Assembly: GCF_009914755.1 (NCBI RefSeq)
Contig: NC_060930.1
Reading direction: 5' to 3' (one strand)
DNA length: 64,000 bases
From: the human T2T-CHM13v2.0 reference genome, Homo sapiens
The notes under the pieces are model-generated. The model did no database searches. It had not been told where the DNA came from and saw only the letters and a list, made by a program, of their open reading frames with translations. Below, piece after piece: positions 44,136 through 56,997 of the stretch (positions are counted from its first letter, which is position 1; every line of letters begins with the position of its first letter). The translations under genes were made by a program, and so were the position numbers.

Positions 44136-44887
44136 CCCTCCTATGTGACTTCAGTGTCCACACAGACAGCACCCCAACCCTGACCTCCGAGGTAACCTCA
44201 GTGTCCACACAGACAGCACCCCGACCCTGACCTCCGAGGTAACCTCAGTGTCCACACAGACAGCACCCCAACCCTGACCTCCTATGTGACTTCAGTGTCC
44301 ACACAGACAGCACCCCAACCCTGACCTCCGAGGTAACCTTGGTGTCCACAGACAGCACCCCAACCCTGACCTCCTAGGTAACTTCATTGTCCACATGGAC
44401 TGCACCCCGACCCTGACGTCCTAGGTAACCTCAGTGTCCACATGGACTGCACCCCTACCCTGACCTCCTAGGTAACCTCAGTGTCCACATGGACTGCACC
44501 CTGACCCTGACCTCCTATGTGACTTCAGTGTCCACACAGACAGCACCCCGACCCTGACCTCTGAGGTAACCTCAGTGTCCACACAGACAGCACCCCGACC
44601 CTGACCTCCTATGTGACTTCAGTGTCCACACAGACAGCACCCCAACCCTGACCTCTGAGGTAACCTCGGTGTCCACAGACAGCACCCCAACCCTGACCTC
44701 CTAGGTAACTTCATTGTCCACATGGACTGCACCCCGACCCTGACCTCCTAGGTAACCTCAGTGTCCACATGGACTGCACCCTGACCCTGACCTCCTATGT
44801 GACTTCAGTGTCCACATGGACAGCACCCTGACCCTGACCTCCTAGGTAACCTCAGTGTCCACATGAACTGCACCCCAACCCTGACCT
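44136..44887. repeat. 47-bp minisatellite, about 16 copies
   Basis: cctcagtgtccacacagacagcaccccaaccctgacctccgaggtaa with variant units. Confidence 0.97.
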
Positions 44888-45094
44888 GAAGGCTCATGCT
44901 GCTCTACTGACCCCCAGCCACCCCCCAGCCGCCCACGGCCTTCCCCTCTCCTGGGAACACCCTGATCTACGGGAACACATGAGCGCGGCAGTGAGCTGAG
45001 GAACCCGGCACCTGGCCACGGCCTCCTCTCCTTCCTGCCAACCTGTCCAACAGCTCCTCCACCACCAAATCCCCGACATAATCATTATCAGGGC

Positions 45095-45515
45095 ATCAGC
45101 CAGCAGTCTCCAGGCAAGCAGCACCAACCGGACACACATACACAGATTCATCGTAAGGAATTGGCTCATGCAATTGTGGGGCTGGCAAGCGTGGCATCCG
45201 CAGGGCAGGCTGGCACACCGGAGACCCAGGGGAGAGCGGATGGTGTAGCCTTGAGTCTGGAGACTCAGGCAGAATTTCTATGCTGCAGTCTGGAGCCAGA
45301 ATTCCTTCTTCCTGAAGGGACCTCCGTTTTTTTCTCTTAATCTCTTTAACTGATTGGATGAGGTTCACCCAAATTATAAACGGTAACTGACTTTATTCAA
45401 AGTCTGCTAGTTTAGATGTTAATCACATCTACAAAATATCTTCACAGCAATATCCAGCTGGTGTTTGAGCAAACGAAGGGGGCCATGGCCCAGCCGTGTG
45501 CACTTAGAAAAGCCA
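45095..45515 (-). mobile_element. MLT2-type (ERVL) LTR
   Basis: taaggaattggctcatgcaattgtggggctggcaag...aactgattggatgagg...atcttcacagcaa. Confidence 0.78.
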
Positions 45516-47364
45516 CTCTTGGTTCCATCACTCAGCCCTGGTTATGGTCTAACCAACCATCATCCAGCTTAAAATTAAAATTTTAATTTAATTTTCCAAT
45601 GCCGTCGTCAGGTTTTTGCTAAATTTTCACCTCATCCATTTGGAAAAAACTCAACTCCACATGAACTCTAAACAAAGTGAACTACTCAGCCTGTCTCTGC
45701 CTGCCCACAGCAACTCACCACTTCTAGAGAAAAATCCCCACACTGAGAACAGGTCCTCTACAGATGGTGACCACTAACTCCAGTGAGCTCCGGAATCTTC
45801 CTGACAAGATATCACTCCCCCAGGCCCCATACAGTCCTCCCAGATGTGCCAAGAAACTATAGCAGCCTCCTCTCCTCTCCTGCTGGTGTAGGAGGGAGGC
45901 AGGGGCATCACGCTCCTCTCTCGTGTCTGTGCCGAGGCCCCATCCCTTCTGGCCTCCCAGGAACTGTACGAGCAAATGTTCCATCTCAGAATCCATCTGT
46001 ACCAGCACATGTCCTGACCCGGAATCTGTCCTATTGACGTGTGTACATGTTCCAGCCTCTCCTGCCAACGACGTCCCTCCAAACCCTGAATTGCTTTCTG
46101 ATGGCCAGCCTGGTTCTCTCTTCTGCACACAGACACTGTCAAAAATGTGACTTGCACCACTTTCCCTCTCTCTGCCTCTTACATACTCACCAGTCCCCTG
46201 TCTGCCTTCTCTCCATAACAACCTGATGAAAAAACTTTGGTTAATACCAACCGTGTTCCATATTTTCACACGCACAGGAGGCCCAGCAGGCCCAAGTCCC
46301 CGCGGGTTTCCACACGTGGCCTCTCCTGATGTGCGGGATTCTCCCAGCAGGCCCAGGTCCCCGTGGGCTTCCACGCGCGGCCTCTGCTGGTGTCCAGAAC
46401 TCGCCGTCCCTTTGGCTTTGCCACGCCATCATGGCTTCCCTTCTCCTCCTTCTTCTTTGGCTTTTCCAAGACCTTCAAGTGTCTGCATTCCCTGGAGCAG
46501 GACCATGAGCCTCCACCCGTGTCTCTCTGCATCCCTGCAGGTGACCTTATTTGGTTCTATGAGTCCAACCCCCATCCACATGCTAATGAGTAAATATATT
46601 CCCTCCCAAATCTTCCCCCAGCACCAGAGCTGCCTGGATTTTCCTCTAAGTTAGGAGGAAGCATTGGCAAGAGCTCTGCTGAACAGATCAGTCTCTGGGC
46701 TGTCATGGAAAAAAGACTCAGGATTATACAATGATATTTTCAGGGAGAAGCTCCCTTTCAGTGCAAAGCAGCGAGCAGCGCCCTCAATGCTGTGGAAAGG
46801 AGCCACGCCAGGGGACTGGCCATGGGGCTGCCAGGAAATCCAGCAGCATCCCGGGGACAGGACCTCGGGGAGCCCACATGGCCTCATCCCACAGGCAACA
46901 GCCCATGTGCTCCTGAGCCCAGCTGCCTCTCTCCATCACCGTAGGTTCTGGGATCTCACACACGGCCAAAGCCATCGGGCTTCACGCAGGTCTCACTGAC
47001 TTGAACTTGAGGAAGCGCTGTTCACTCAGCGGTGCCCTGTCTGGAGGAAATTCCCGGGTCTTTCTGCACTTCTTACGATTGCAAATGACCAGGAAAAGAA
47101 CTTGGAGGTCAGAAGAGTGGGGCTGCCCAGCCCTCAAAGCCCTGGCACTGTGCAGTTTCAAGCTGCAGTTACCTCGGAAAGAGGAGGCTGCGTTTGCACT
47201 GCAGGTGCAGGAACGTTCACCCACACGGCTCAGAAACGTTCTCACACATGCGGAGCTGTGTCCAGTTGGCACCGGCCGCAAAGCTGCACCTACCACCTGT
47301 GGAAGTGCGAGGCAACACAAACATCCTGACTCATGTCCCCATCGTGACTTGGTGCATTTCATTG

Positions 47365-47478
47365 GGTGTGTGTGTGGGGGTGTGTGTGTATGTGTGTATG
47401 CGTATGTATGTAGGTGTATGTGTGCATGTGTATGTATGTGTGTATGGGTATGCATGTGTGTGTATGTGTGTGTGTGTA
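47365..47478. repeat. TG/TATG low-complexity tract
   Basis: Directly visible. Confidence 0.9.
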
Positions 47479-48570
47479 CATATAGATTTTTTCCCAGCAT
47501 GTGATTCCAGAACCTTGTACACCTAATGGTGACACATAGCCCCTAGGTCAGATCTAATGAGGACCCTGAGGCAGTGTGGTTTATGACTGTGAACCTGCCT
47601 GGCCTAAAAGCCTGGGGTCTGTGCAGCATCCTCACTGCAAAAAGCCAGGAACGCTTCATGATAAACATTTCATCAGCAAGGGAAGGGATGTCCCTAAATC
47701 ACGTTGTAACTGAGCAGACATTCACAGGGAAAACTTTCTGCCAGAGACACTCTCTGAAGGAAGAGAAGAGTCAGGCCTTAGCCCAGCAGTGGGGCCCCAG
47801 GCCAGCCTGGCCCGAGAAGAGTGAGAGAAACCTGGAGCCTTCGTCTGCACTGTTTTAGCAACCAAAAGTGGCCACAAAGCTTGGGACCTTCTTGAAATGA
47901 CACAGAGGGGCTGAGAAGGGAGGCCCAGGAGCAGAGGCTGGGCAGCACGGAAACACCACGGCCGGGTCATGATGGACCCCAGCTGGTGGGGACGTCCCAG
48001 GACCACAGTCACATGGCCCACCCAAAGCCTCCTGCCCACGTGGAGAAATTGCACACAATGAGGGGAGCTCCAGGCTGGAAATGGGGTCTCCGGCCAGGCC
48101 ACTGCCGTAGTCTTGTACAACAACAGAGACGAGAATTTCAGGTACGCAGATTCACATGGCAAGTGTGCAGACGGCAGCAGTGTGACTGCTTGTTTTTAGG
48201 CACTAAAGCCACTTACTCATTAAATCATGTTTAAAATCATCGTCAGTGCCTCCAATTTAAATTAACCACGCACATGGATGAAATTTTCCTTAAAATTTCC
48301 ATGCTTTGAAAACTAAGCAGAAAAATGCCTGGCAATACTACTAAAATTATTTTTTTCAAATGATTTGTGTTTAATTAGAAAAGTTTACTGAATCCAAAAA
48401 CATTGCTGCTCACCCATCTCCACTAAAGAGAAATGGAAATTAGCCATATGCAAACCTGAGTGCTGGTTAGTGACCAGAATTCTACGGAGTTTAAGAATTT
48501 CACATGTGCCTTTGTCGATCTTTTTCCTTTTCCGTCACATTTTCTTTTGCAATTAACTCCAGAGACAACA

Positions 48571-48756
48571 CCTGTCAGGGTGTAGGGGGCGAGGGGAGGA
48601 AGAGCATTAGGATAAATACCTAACGCATGCGGGGCTTAAAACCTAGATGACGGGTTGATAGGTGCAACAAGCCACCATGGCACATGTATATGGAGCAAAC
48701 CCGCATGGTCTGCGCAGGTATCCCAGAACTTAAAGTAATTTAAAAAAAAAAAAAAA
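48571..48756 (+). mobile_element. L1PA8-like short 3' fragment with poly-A
   Basis: gagcattaggataaatacctaacgcatgcggggcttaaaacctagatgacgggttgataggtgc...poly-A; possible TSD agagacaaca/agagtcaaaa. Confidence 0.88.
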
Positions 48757-49058
48757 GAGTCAAAACTAGCTTTCTAATTTTTCCATCCAGTTAATTATAT
48801 ACTTATGGTCAGAATGATGATGAATAGTTATATGGCAGATATAACTATTAATACCACCAGCATTAATTCACCATAATGCAGAATTTTAACCCCTATGCAA
48901 GATCTCAGTGAGGGTTGGCTGCCAGTGCATTCACCTCACAGGCTACTCCTTTCTGGGAAATAAACTTGTATTTTAAATTTTGAGGACAGTCAGCTTATAA
49001 CAAAGAAATCAGCCTTACTCCACAGTCATTTTATTTTTGATCAAACTAATGCCCAAAT

Positions 49059-49264
49059 ATGTGTGTGTGCATGTGTGTGTGAGCGTGTGTATGTGTATGT
49101 GTGCATGTGTGTATATGTGTGTGTGTGCATTGTGTGTGTATGTGTGTATGTGTGTAGTGTGTATGTGTGTGTGTGTGTTCGTGTGTGTGTAGTATGTGTA
49201 TGTGTATGTATGTGTGTGTGCATGTGTGTATGTGTGTATATCTGTGTGTGCATGTGTATGTGTG

Positions 49265-49298
<34 letters not shown>
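49059..49298. repeat. TG/TATG low-complexity tract ending in pure (TG)n
   Basis: Directly visible. Confidence 0.93.
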
Positions 49299-49300
<2 letters not shown>

Positions 49301-49641
49301 ATCTTATTCAGCTCAGACTATTGTAACAAAACACCCCAGACTCACTGACTTTAACAGCAGGCAGTTAACTTCTCACAGTTCTGGAGGCTGCAAGTCCAAG
49401 GTTAGTTAAGGTGCCAGCCATTTTGGATCTTGGCAATGGCCGTTCTTTCTGGTCTGTAGACAGCGCCTCCTCCCTGTGTCCTCACTTAGTGGAAAGAGGA
49501 AGCTCCAGCGTGTCTTTTTATGCAGCCACTGATCCCATCGTAAGCTCCCAAGGCCCCACCTCCCAACATCAACACCGTGGGGTTCAGGGCCTCAGCATCA
49601 GAATGAGGGGAGGGAGGGACGCAAACGTTCACTCCGTATCA
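49299..49641 (-). mobile_element. MLT1A-like MaLR LTR
   Basis: tctcacagttctggaggctgcaagtccaag...ccctgtgtcctcac...ggccccacctccc. Confidence 0.78.
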
Positions 49642-50715
49642 ATGTGCTTTAGAAATGGACTTGAGAAAAACAGACCAGATGTGGTGGGAGTGAGGGGGGG
49701 TAGAGTAGGAATCTGTCATTGGGATTTATTTGCAGGGTTCTAATTTTTAAGGAGGATTTTCAAATATTATTTTATAATTAGTCATAAATTTAAAATTACT
49801 CAAATTGATAGGAAAAAGGTCTTCCTGAAATCAAACTTTCTACCTCATTCCCAGAGATCATTGCTATCTACTCACCTGTCTTAATCATTACTCTTCTTTA
49901 TGAATTGACCAGTGTGTATGTATGTATGTATACATCTATATATTAGTATGCAATATGAAACAGGTGTGTATGTAACCTAAAATATACATACATATCCTAA
50001 AGTTTACATGCACACCTAAATTACATACATGTACTCAGGCACACAGTAGCTGTATGCTGCTGGGACCACAGAACCCCTCCCCAGGAAGGCTCCGGGAAAG
50101 ACAAGGGTCTCTGGGCTGTGATGGCCTTGGCTTCCTGAGACAGACAGGGGCCTTCTGGAGGAAGAGGGTGTCCAAGGCCTCACAGCTGTGCAGCATGTGG
50201 AGGCTGATCTCAGGGAGTGGGCAGAAAAAATGGGCTGAGCTTCCCCCCACTCAAGGTCAAGGTCCTTCCTCCAGCCAGAGGTCAAGGCAGAGTCCTTTCC
50301 AGATGCACTGCTGTCCTGTTGGGGTGCATTGTCCACTGGCTTCCTGAGAAATGGTGCCTGGGCAGTAAAGCCTGTAAGAGCTTGTATATCAACAGACATC
50401 TTTATTCTCTCCTGACACTTGATTGACAGTTTTCCCAGGTGTAGAATTTCACGTCAGAAATTAATTTCCTTCAGAACCACAAAGGCATTTCTCCATGTCG
50501 TCCTACGTCCAAGTGTTTCTTTGAGAAGCACAAAGTCTTCCTGTGTGCCGGTCTTTTGCTTTGACAGCTTCAGGCCTCTTCCTGTTGCTCCCAAGAGTTC
50601 TGAATGCCACGGTGCACGCCTTCATGCTAGTGTTTCCATTCATGTGTGAGATCTTTTGATCTGGCAACTCATGTCTCACCAGCCTGGGGAATATTCTTGA
50701 ATGACTGTACTTTGT

Positions 50716-51067
50716 TGATATGGTTTTGCTCTGTGTCTCCACCCAAATCTTATGTCCAGTTGTAATCCCTACATGTCAAGGGAGGGAAGTGATTGGATCT
50801 TGGAGGTGTTTTCCCCATGCTGTTCTCTTCATAGTGAGTGAGTTCTCAAGATCTGATGGTTTTGTAAATGACAGTTTTTCCTGCACTCTCACTTCTCTCT
50901 CCTGCTGCCATGTGAAGAAGGACGTGTTTGCTTCCCCTTCTGCCATGATTGTAAGTTTCCTGAGGCCTCTCCAGGCATGCATAACTGTGAGTGAATTAAA
51001 CCTCATTCCTTTATAAATTTCCCAGTCTCGGACAGTCTTTACAGCAGTGTGAGAACAGACTAATACA
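50716..51067 (+). mobile_element. THE1D-like MaLR solo LTR inserted in old L1M
   Basis: TGATATGGTTTTGCTCTGTGTCTCCACCCAAATC...GAGAACAGACTAATACA. Confidence 0.9.
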
Positions 51068-52485
51068 TTTTTTGTTAATTTTTCAATTTTCTTGATTTTC
51101 TTCTTCTACAAATCCTTTTATTTTGGTTATTAAAACTTCTGGACTGATCTTGCAATATTTTAATATTTTATTTCCCACATTCGATCTTTTTGTGATTTTT
51201 TTTTAATCTTTCACAACTTCCAGTGAGTTTTTATATAATGATGGCAATAAAAAATATCTACTGTGTATATACACATTATTTTCTCTGATCGATTATTTCT
51301 TCCGAATGCTCCTTTGCTGTGCTGCCCTGTTCACAGCTCATGAGTGTGGCATCTTCTCATCTCTCCAGGGATGTCATGGCAGTTCTCCTTCTGTTCCACC
51401 AGCACAGCTTCTGCTCCTTCCAAGCTGTTTTTCTCTACTTGTGTTTTCAGTTTTTGTCTCGATTCTCCTAGGTGCTCATTCTGTCCTGGCTGTCTGGTCA
51501 TGATTAACACCCAGGGACCAAAAAGCTGGTTGACGACTCCAAGGAGATGAACAGTGCTTGTACTATCTGAACGTGACCACAGGGGTCTGGTCAGGGCACG
51601 TGCTGGGACACGGGTGCCTGTGTCTTCACCTCCCTAGAGTCTCTTCAGCAGAAGGCCTGATCCCTTCTGCTGACCCTGGGCAGCACCTTGGGAGGGAGGA
51701 AGAATCTGTGGCGAAAGATGCAATGTGCACATGAGCACACAAGGGACAGTGTGGGAGTAGCTGCTGCACCCTCAATAAAACCAGGTGCTGCTCAAATGCC
51801 CCAGGCTTCTGTCAAGAAGAGGGCAGGTGTGTGCCAGAGGCCTGGGCTGTAGAAACGGACCTAGAGATCTTTTTGAATGTCTTTTCAAACAGCCTTCCCC
51901 AAATTTCTCTTTCAGTTCCACCCTTCATCCCCAGTTCTAGAGACGGATGCTGGCAATGCCTGAGGTTTTTGAAGACTTTGTGGCACCGTTTCTGCTGGAC
52001 TCAGCTTTTCCTGCTGCTGCCTCAGGACTCTGCTGCATCCACTAAATCAGTTACCACCAGTCCAGCTGCTCACCCTCTCCCAGAATTTCATTACCACACA
52101 TACCCTCCAGGGCATACCATCCCTGTGGCTTTTTTCAAACAAAATGCCTTTATGTTAGATTAGGTGCGTTTTCAAAATAGAAAGATATGCGAGATATCTG
52201 TTTTCAGCCTATCATCTTTGATTTATAGTTGTCTTTCCAATTCAGTTTTACATATAATTCAATATATTTGAAATTACCTTGGCGTAGGGTAGAGATAATA
52301 GTCTAAATTTATTCAAACAAAACTTTTTTAAACACTATTTTTTGAATAATCCTTTGCTACACTAGAACACGATGCTGCTGTTATTATAAATTAAGTCCTT
52401 AAATCTGTTCACCTGTTTTAAGATCATCTGTGTCCTCCCATTGATCTGTAAGTCAGTTTCCATCCCAGTACTGCCCAGTGCACCT

Positions 52486-53073
52486 CACCCTCACTCATGC
52501 TCTGTCACACACTTTCTCACACACATGCACTCTCACACACACGGCAGGCACATACTCTCACATATACAACATGGACACACACATGCCATACACATGCACA
52601 CATGCACTTGCACACGTGGCATGCACACACTCACACACTCACACACACAGCATACACATGCACACATGCACTCACACATGGCATGCACACACACTCACAT
52701 ACACATACAAATGGCATACACATGCACAAATGCACTCACACATGGTATGCACATGCACATGCTCTCACACAACATGCACACACAAGGCATATACATGCAC
52801 ATATGCACCCACACACATGGTGTGCACATGTATACACTCACATGCACAACATGCACACACACACGGCAACACGCGCACGCACACACGACATGCACACACT
52901 CACATACACACACTCACACAAAACATGCACATGTGCACATGCGCTTACACACAGCAGATGTACGCATTCTAACATTCACACATGCACACACATCGTCTGC
53001 CCATGCACACATTCTCACATGCACACTTGCACTCACACACACAGTGTGCACACACACACACTCTCATACACAT
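52486..53073. repeat. CA/CATG low-complexity tract, largely alternating purine-pyrimidine
   Basis: cacatgcacacatg... directly visible. Confidence 0.93.
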
Positions 53074-53864
53074 CTCCTGGTTTCATCTTCCTGGCATAGC
53101 TGTCTCTGAGTGGATGACAGAAGACTCTCAAAAGCAGCACTGGCGTGTGCATGGCTGCCAGTCCATCCTCTGGAGGCTCCTCCAAGCCCCTGAGAGCAGG
53201 TTACTTCTTTCAGGTTGGTAAGTTGCTGCGTTTTTAGGAAGCGAAGTCTGAGTAGACCACCAAGCGGTTGTTCTCACATTTGGCTCATTTGGCTCCATTA
53301 TTTGTGGAAATTCTCTCAGTCTTTTGGAGGTCGGAAGCATTTGAAACAGCATGGCTTATTTGAACAAACACCTCAAGCCCAAATTTAGTACTTTCTCAAT
53401 TGTCATAACAAGCACAAGCTTTGCCAAACAAAAACAAGCAAATGAATAATAAATCAATAATACAGATTAAGCAATTTCTTCTGATTGAACAAATTTGGGG
53501 ACTCAGGTTGCTAACACAGCCATGTCCTGGCTTTGAGTCATGGTTAGACGTAACATCTTGTGTGTTTTTCTTTAAATCAGAGAGGAGAAAGAAAGGACAC
53601 AAAAAATAGAGCAACTGTAATTATTTTCTACAGTCCAGAAGAAAGAAATGGCCTGTGGCTGAGTTAGAGAAAAACTTGCAGAAACTGCTGACTGACTTCC
53701 ATCGCCAGAAAAGGCATGGATCCCCTGCTGTCCTAACGATGCCAAGCAGCTCGGGACAGACTCCAAGCAAAGGCTCAGGATGAGTGAGAAGCAGCATCCG
53801 TGAAGCCCAGGACAGGACGTACATTCCAAACGCGGCTGAAGATAGTGAAGACCGCGAAGGGCCC

Positions 53865-54017
53865 TGGGGCTAGGACTCAGGCAAACTGAGTTTTAGTCCC
53901 AGAATCTGTTCTTAATTAGTTCTGTAACTCAGGGAATTAACGTATCCTCTCAAAGCTTTGGTTTGCTCACCAAAAATGCAGAAGCCATAGAATTCTAGGA
54001 CCTCTCGCAGCTCTAAA
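53865..54017 (+). mobile_element. MIR-family fragment
   Basis: Degenerate MIR core (...cctctcaaagctttggtttgctcaccaaaaatg...cagctctaaa). Confidence 0.5.
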
Positions 54018-54491
54018 CCCCCATAGCAAAGACACGTGGCTCATCCGGGTTAAGAGTCGCAGTGAGAGCTGGTGCAGAGGGTGCTGAGTGAGCTGAGCCC
54101 TGCTCCCTTCTAGAAACTCCCTGTGCGGCCTCTCCGCCCAAATCCTGTGGCGTTCTGAAGTGCAGAGAGAGATGATCCCAGCTTTTTAATCTCTGAGAGA
54201 CAGAAAGTTAGACAAGGAGAGACAACAGGTACCTCAACACCCCAGAATGCGGGATCAAGCAGTTCGAGCCCCCTGTGTTAGCCTGCGAGGCTAGAAACCC
54301 GTTCAGCCCCAGCACAGAACAGAGACAGGCACAGGAAGGAGCCAGGGGCTGAGAACGGACCTGGAAAGAGGACTCCGGGTTTTCCAACCATGAGCCCAAA
54401 TTCCAGTCCAAGGGAAATTACCTGTGAATTTCTAACATCTAATATTTATGATGTAGGCATATAAGGAAGTTTATTTGGTTGTAAGAAATAG

Positions 54492-55156
54492 AGTAAAGAA
54501 AAATAAAAAATCACAGGACCCCTGAACTCCTTATGAGAAACGGAAAGTTAAGCCTGGCGGCCGAGGCACACAACTCCGGCCTCCAAAGGAACAGCTGTCA
54601 CCAGGCTCATGCAGCAGCCAGACCCCACGAATGGGGGAAAGGCCTCAGTTGTCTCCAAATCACTGCCCTCACAGGCCATCCCTGAGCAAATGCTCTGCTG
54701 GCCCCCCATGAACACGGACAGACCAATTGTGACTTCAGGACTGTAATCTCAGTCCAGTTCCTGAAACTCAAGTTTGTTCAATTCCACACCAGCCGTGTCA
54801 ATTTTAAGCCCACCTACCCAGGTGCAGAACAAAGTCAAGGTGAGATCAGTCACTCCCCCACCTACCCAGACACATCTTCCTGGAGTCCTCCTTCCTCATC
54901 ACCTTCTCTTATGTAAAACATGGATTTGCTGGGCATGAACTAAGGTCTCACAGGAATGCAACCCTTCCCCTCACCACCTACCTGCCTCTCTGCCTACAGG
55001 GCTCCTCTCATTAGGAAATAGATCGGCACTAACCCCCCGAAAACCCCTCAAAAAACGCACAGATGTGTGTGTGGCTCCTGTCCTGGAAGTGCCCTAAAGC
55101 TGGCATAACAAACCTCGGTGATGAGACCTGCCTCAGTCACGCATTTCAGTTTTTAA
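54492..55156 (+). mobile_element. MER4-group LTR (LTR48-like), copy A
   Basis: gtaaagaaaaataaaaaatcacaggacccc...gagacctgcctcagtc; colinear with copy B. Confidence 0.75.
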
Positions 55157-56997
55157 TGTCAGCAACCCACTTACACTGGAATTAAAAAATGGGACATTTA
55201 TTCTAAGGATGTGAGGGCAACTGATGCCACCCAAATGAGGAGCACACCTGGGCCCTTTCATCTCTATGTTGTCTTTGCCTCTCCACGCTGCGTGCTTTGC
55301 TGCTGCTGTTCCCTCCTCTTGTCCCTGTGGCACCCTGTAGCCGGTTCCCCACTCCCACGACAGCTTCTCAGTCCTTGGTCTCAGCTCCAAGTTCTCAGGG
55401 GGAATAACCTGACCACTTACCTGAGGTCAGGCAGATGTCACACCTCTCCTCGTACCATCAGCTGTGGCCCATGGAAGGTGCAGACTGGGTTGTGTCTGCC
55501 AGGTACCATTCCTGTGATCCTGATGGGAATTCCCTGAGAAGGCCTGGGAAGATCCTCCTGTAGCAGCCACCACATTGAGTGAGACACAGACAGCATTTTG
55601 CTCTTCAGGGGAAATTTAGAGTCACTGCTTTTAAAGAATGTTTTCCCTTTTTAAAATATTGTTTTTCTTTCTTCCAGCAAATCAGTATGGTAAATAGAAG
55701 AAATAATTCATCTAAAAATAGTCTCTGTGAATCTGTATCCACAATGTTTAAAGTAGCCATTCCAAAAATGTGTTATCTGCTCATAAAATGCATTTTCCAT
55801 TTTAGCTCTGAGGCTCAGCCAGTGCTGAATGATCAGACATCAAACTTCTGTGAGGGGGATGGTGCCTGTGGTGAGGGCGGCTGAGGCATGTTCGATTCAG
55901 TTATCCAGGTGGGCTGTGGGCCAGTTTTGCAGCCCCAAACCACAGCAGCTTTGTTCACGGCCGTCTGGATTCTGGGATGCTTAAGTGGGCTTCCTGAGGG
56001 TCAGAGCACTGAAAACGAACAAAAATGGAAAAAGAGCAGACGCTGTCTCCCCTGTGTCACGGCATGGCCCGAGAGTCTCAGCGTGTTCCTCAGAAACCCA
56101 CGTGTGCTGGGGGCCACCAGCCTCGGATCAGCAGCGGGCAGCCTATGGAGACCACAGTGTGTGGCAAGAGGAGGTCATCAAAGAGCGCCGAGGCCAGGCA
56201 GGAAGCAAAACATCGGGACGCTGGGCAAGGCCACACCTGAAAACCGCCGTGGAGCCTGCTTCTAAAAAGAAGTAGCTCCCACCTGGGGAAGACAGACGGC
56301 CCCCACCTGCAGAGTCTCGGAAGCCTCAGCCAGAGCCACGTGGGAGCAGCTTTTCCTCCCTTTCAACCATAACCAGCTTTGGGGACTGACCTTCAGCTGT
56401 GGTGTGTTTCAAAAACTAACATGGAGCTTCCTTTCTCTCCACCTTTGCTCTCCCTTCCACCAGGACAGGCTTTCTCACATTGTCCTCAGCGTCAGTGGCC
56501 CAACTGCTCAGACAGCCAGACACCCCACACTCTGGGTCCTCTTGTACTTATTTGCGGGAAGGTCTTGTAAAGGAAACTAAAAATCTCAGTACCCCCAAAA
56601 CTTCTTATGCAAAAGGGAAAGTCATTGCACTCCCTCTTCCAAATGAATTGACTGTCACTAACATCATGTATCAGCCAGACCCAAAGAGAATGGGAAAGGC
56701 CTCAGGCATCTGGAAAAGCTGCCCACACAGATCATCCCTGCGTGAATTCTCTGCTGGCCTCTCATGAATGAGGACAGGCCAATTGAAACTTTAGGACTGC
56801 AGTCTAAGTCCAGCTCCTAAAACTAAAGTCTGTTCAGTTGCACACTGGTCGTGTCAATTACAAACCCACCTGCCCAGGTGCAGAATAAAGTCAAGGTGAG
56901 ACCAGTCACTCCCCCACATACCCAGAGACATCTGCATGGTTGACTTTTCCTTTTGTCACCCTTTCTTATCAGATGTTCACCTTCTGTTATGTAAAAC

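Noticed and set aside
44136-44887. CRISPR-like array (also considered for 7361-7632 and 63218-63813)
   Set aside because: Head-to-tail units without unique spacers, no cas genes, and eukaryotic context
45724-46654. 216-aa and 142-aa ORFs
   Set aside because: No recognisable motifs or splice structure; consistent with random ORFs in GC-rich DNA
52441-53109. His-rich ORFs in three frames
   Set aside because: Translation of low-complexity CA/CATG repeat
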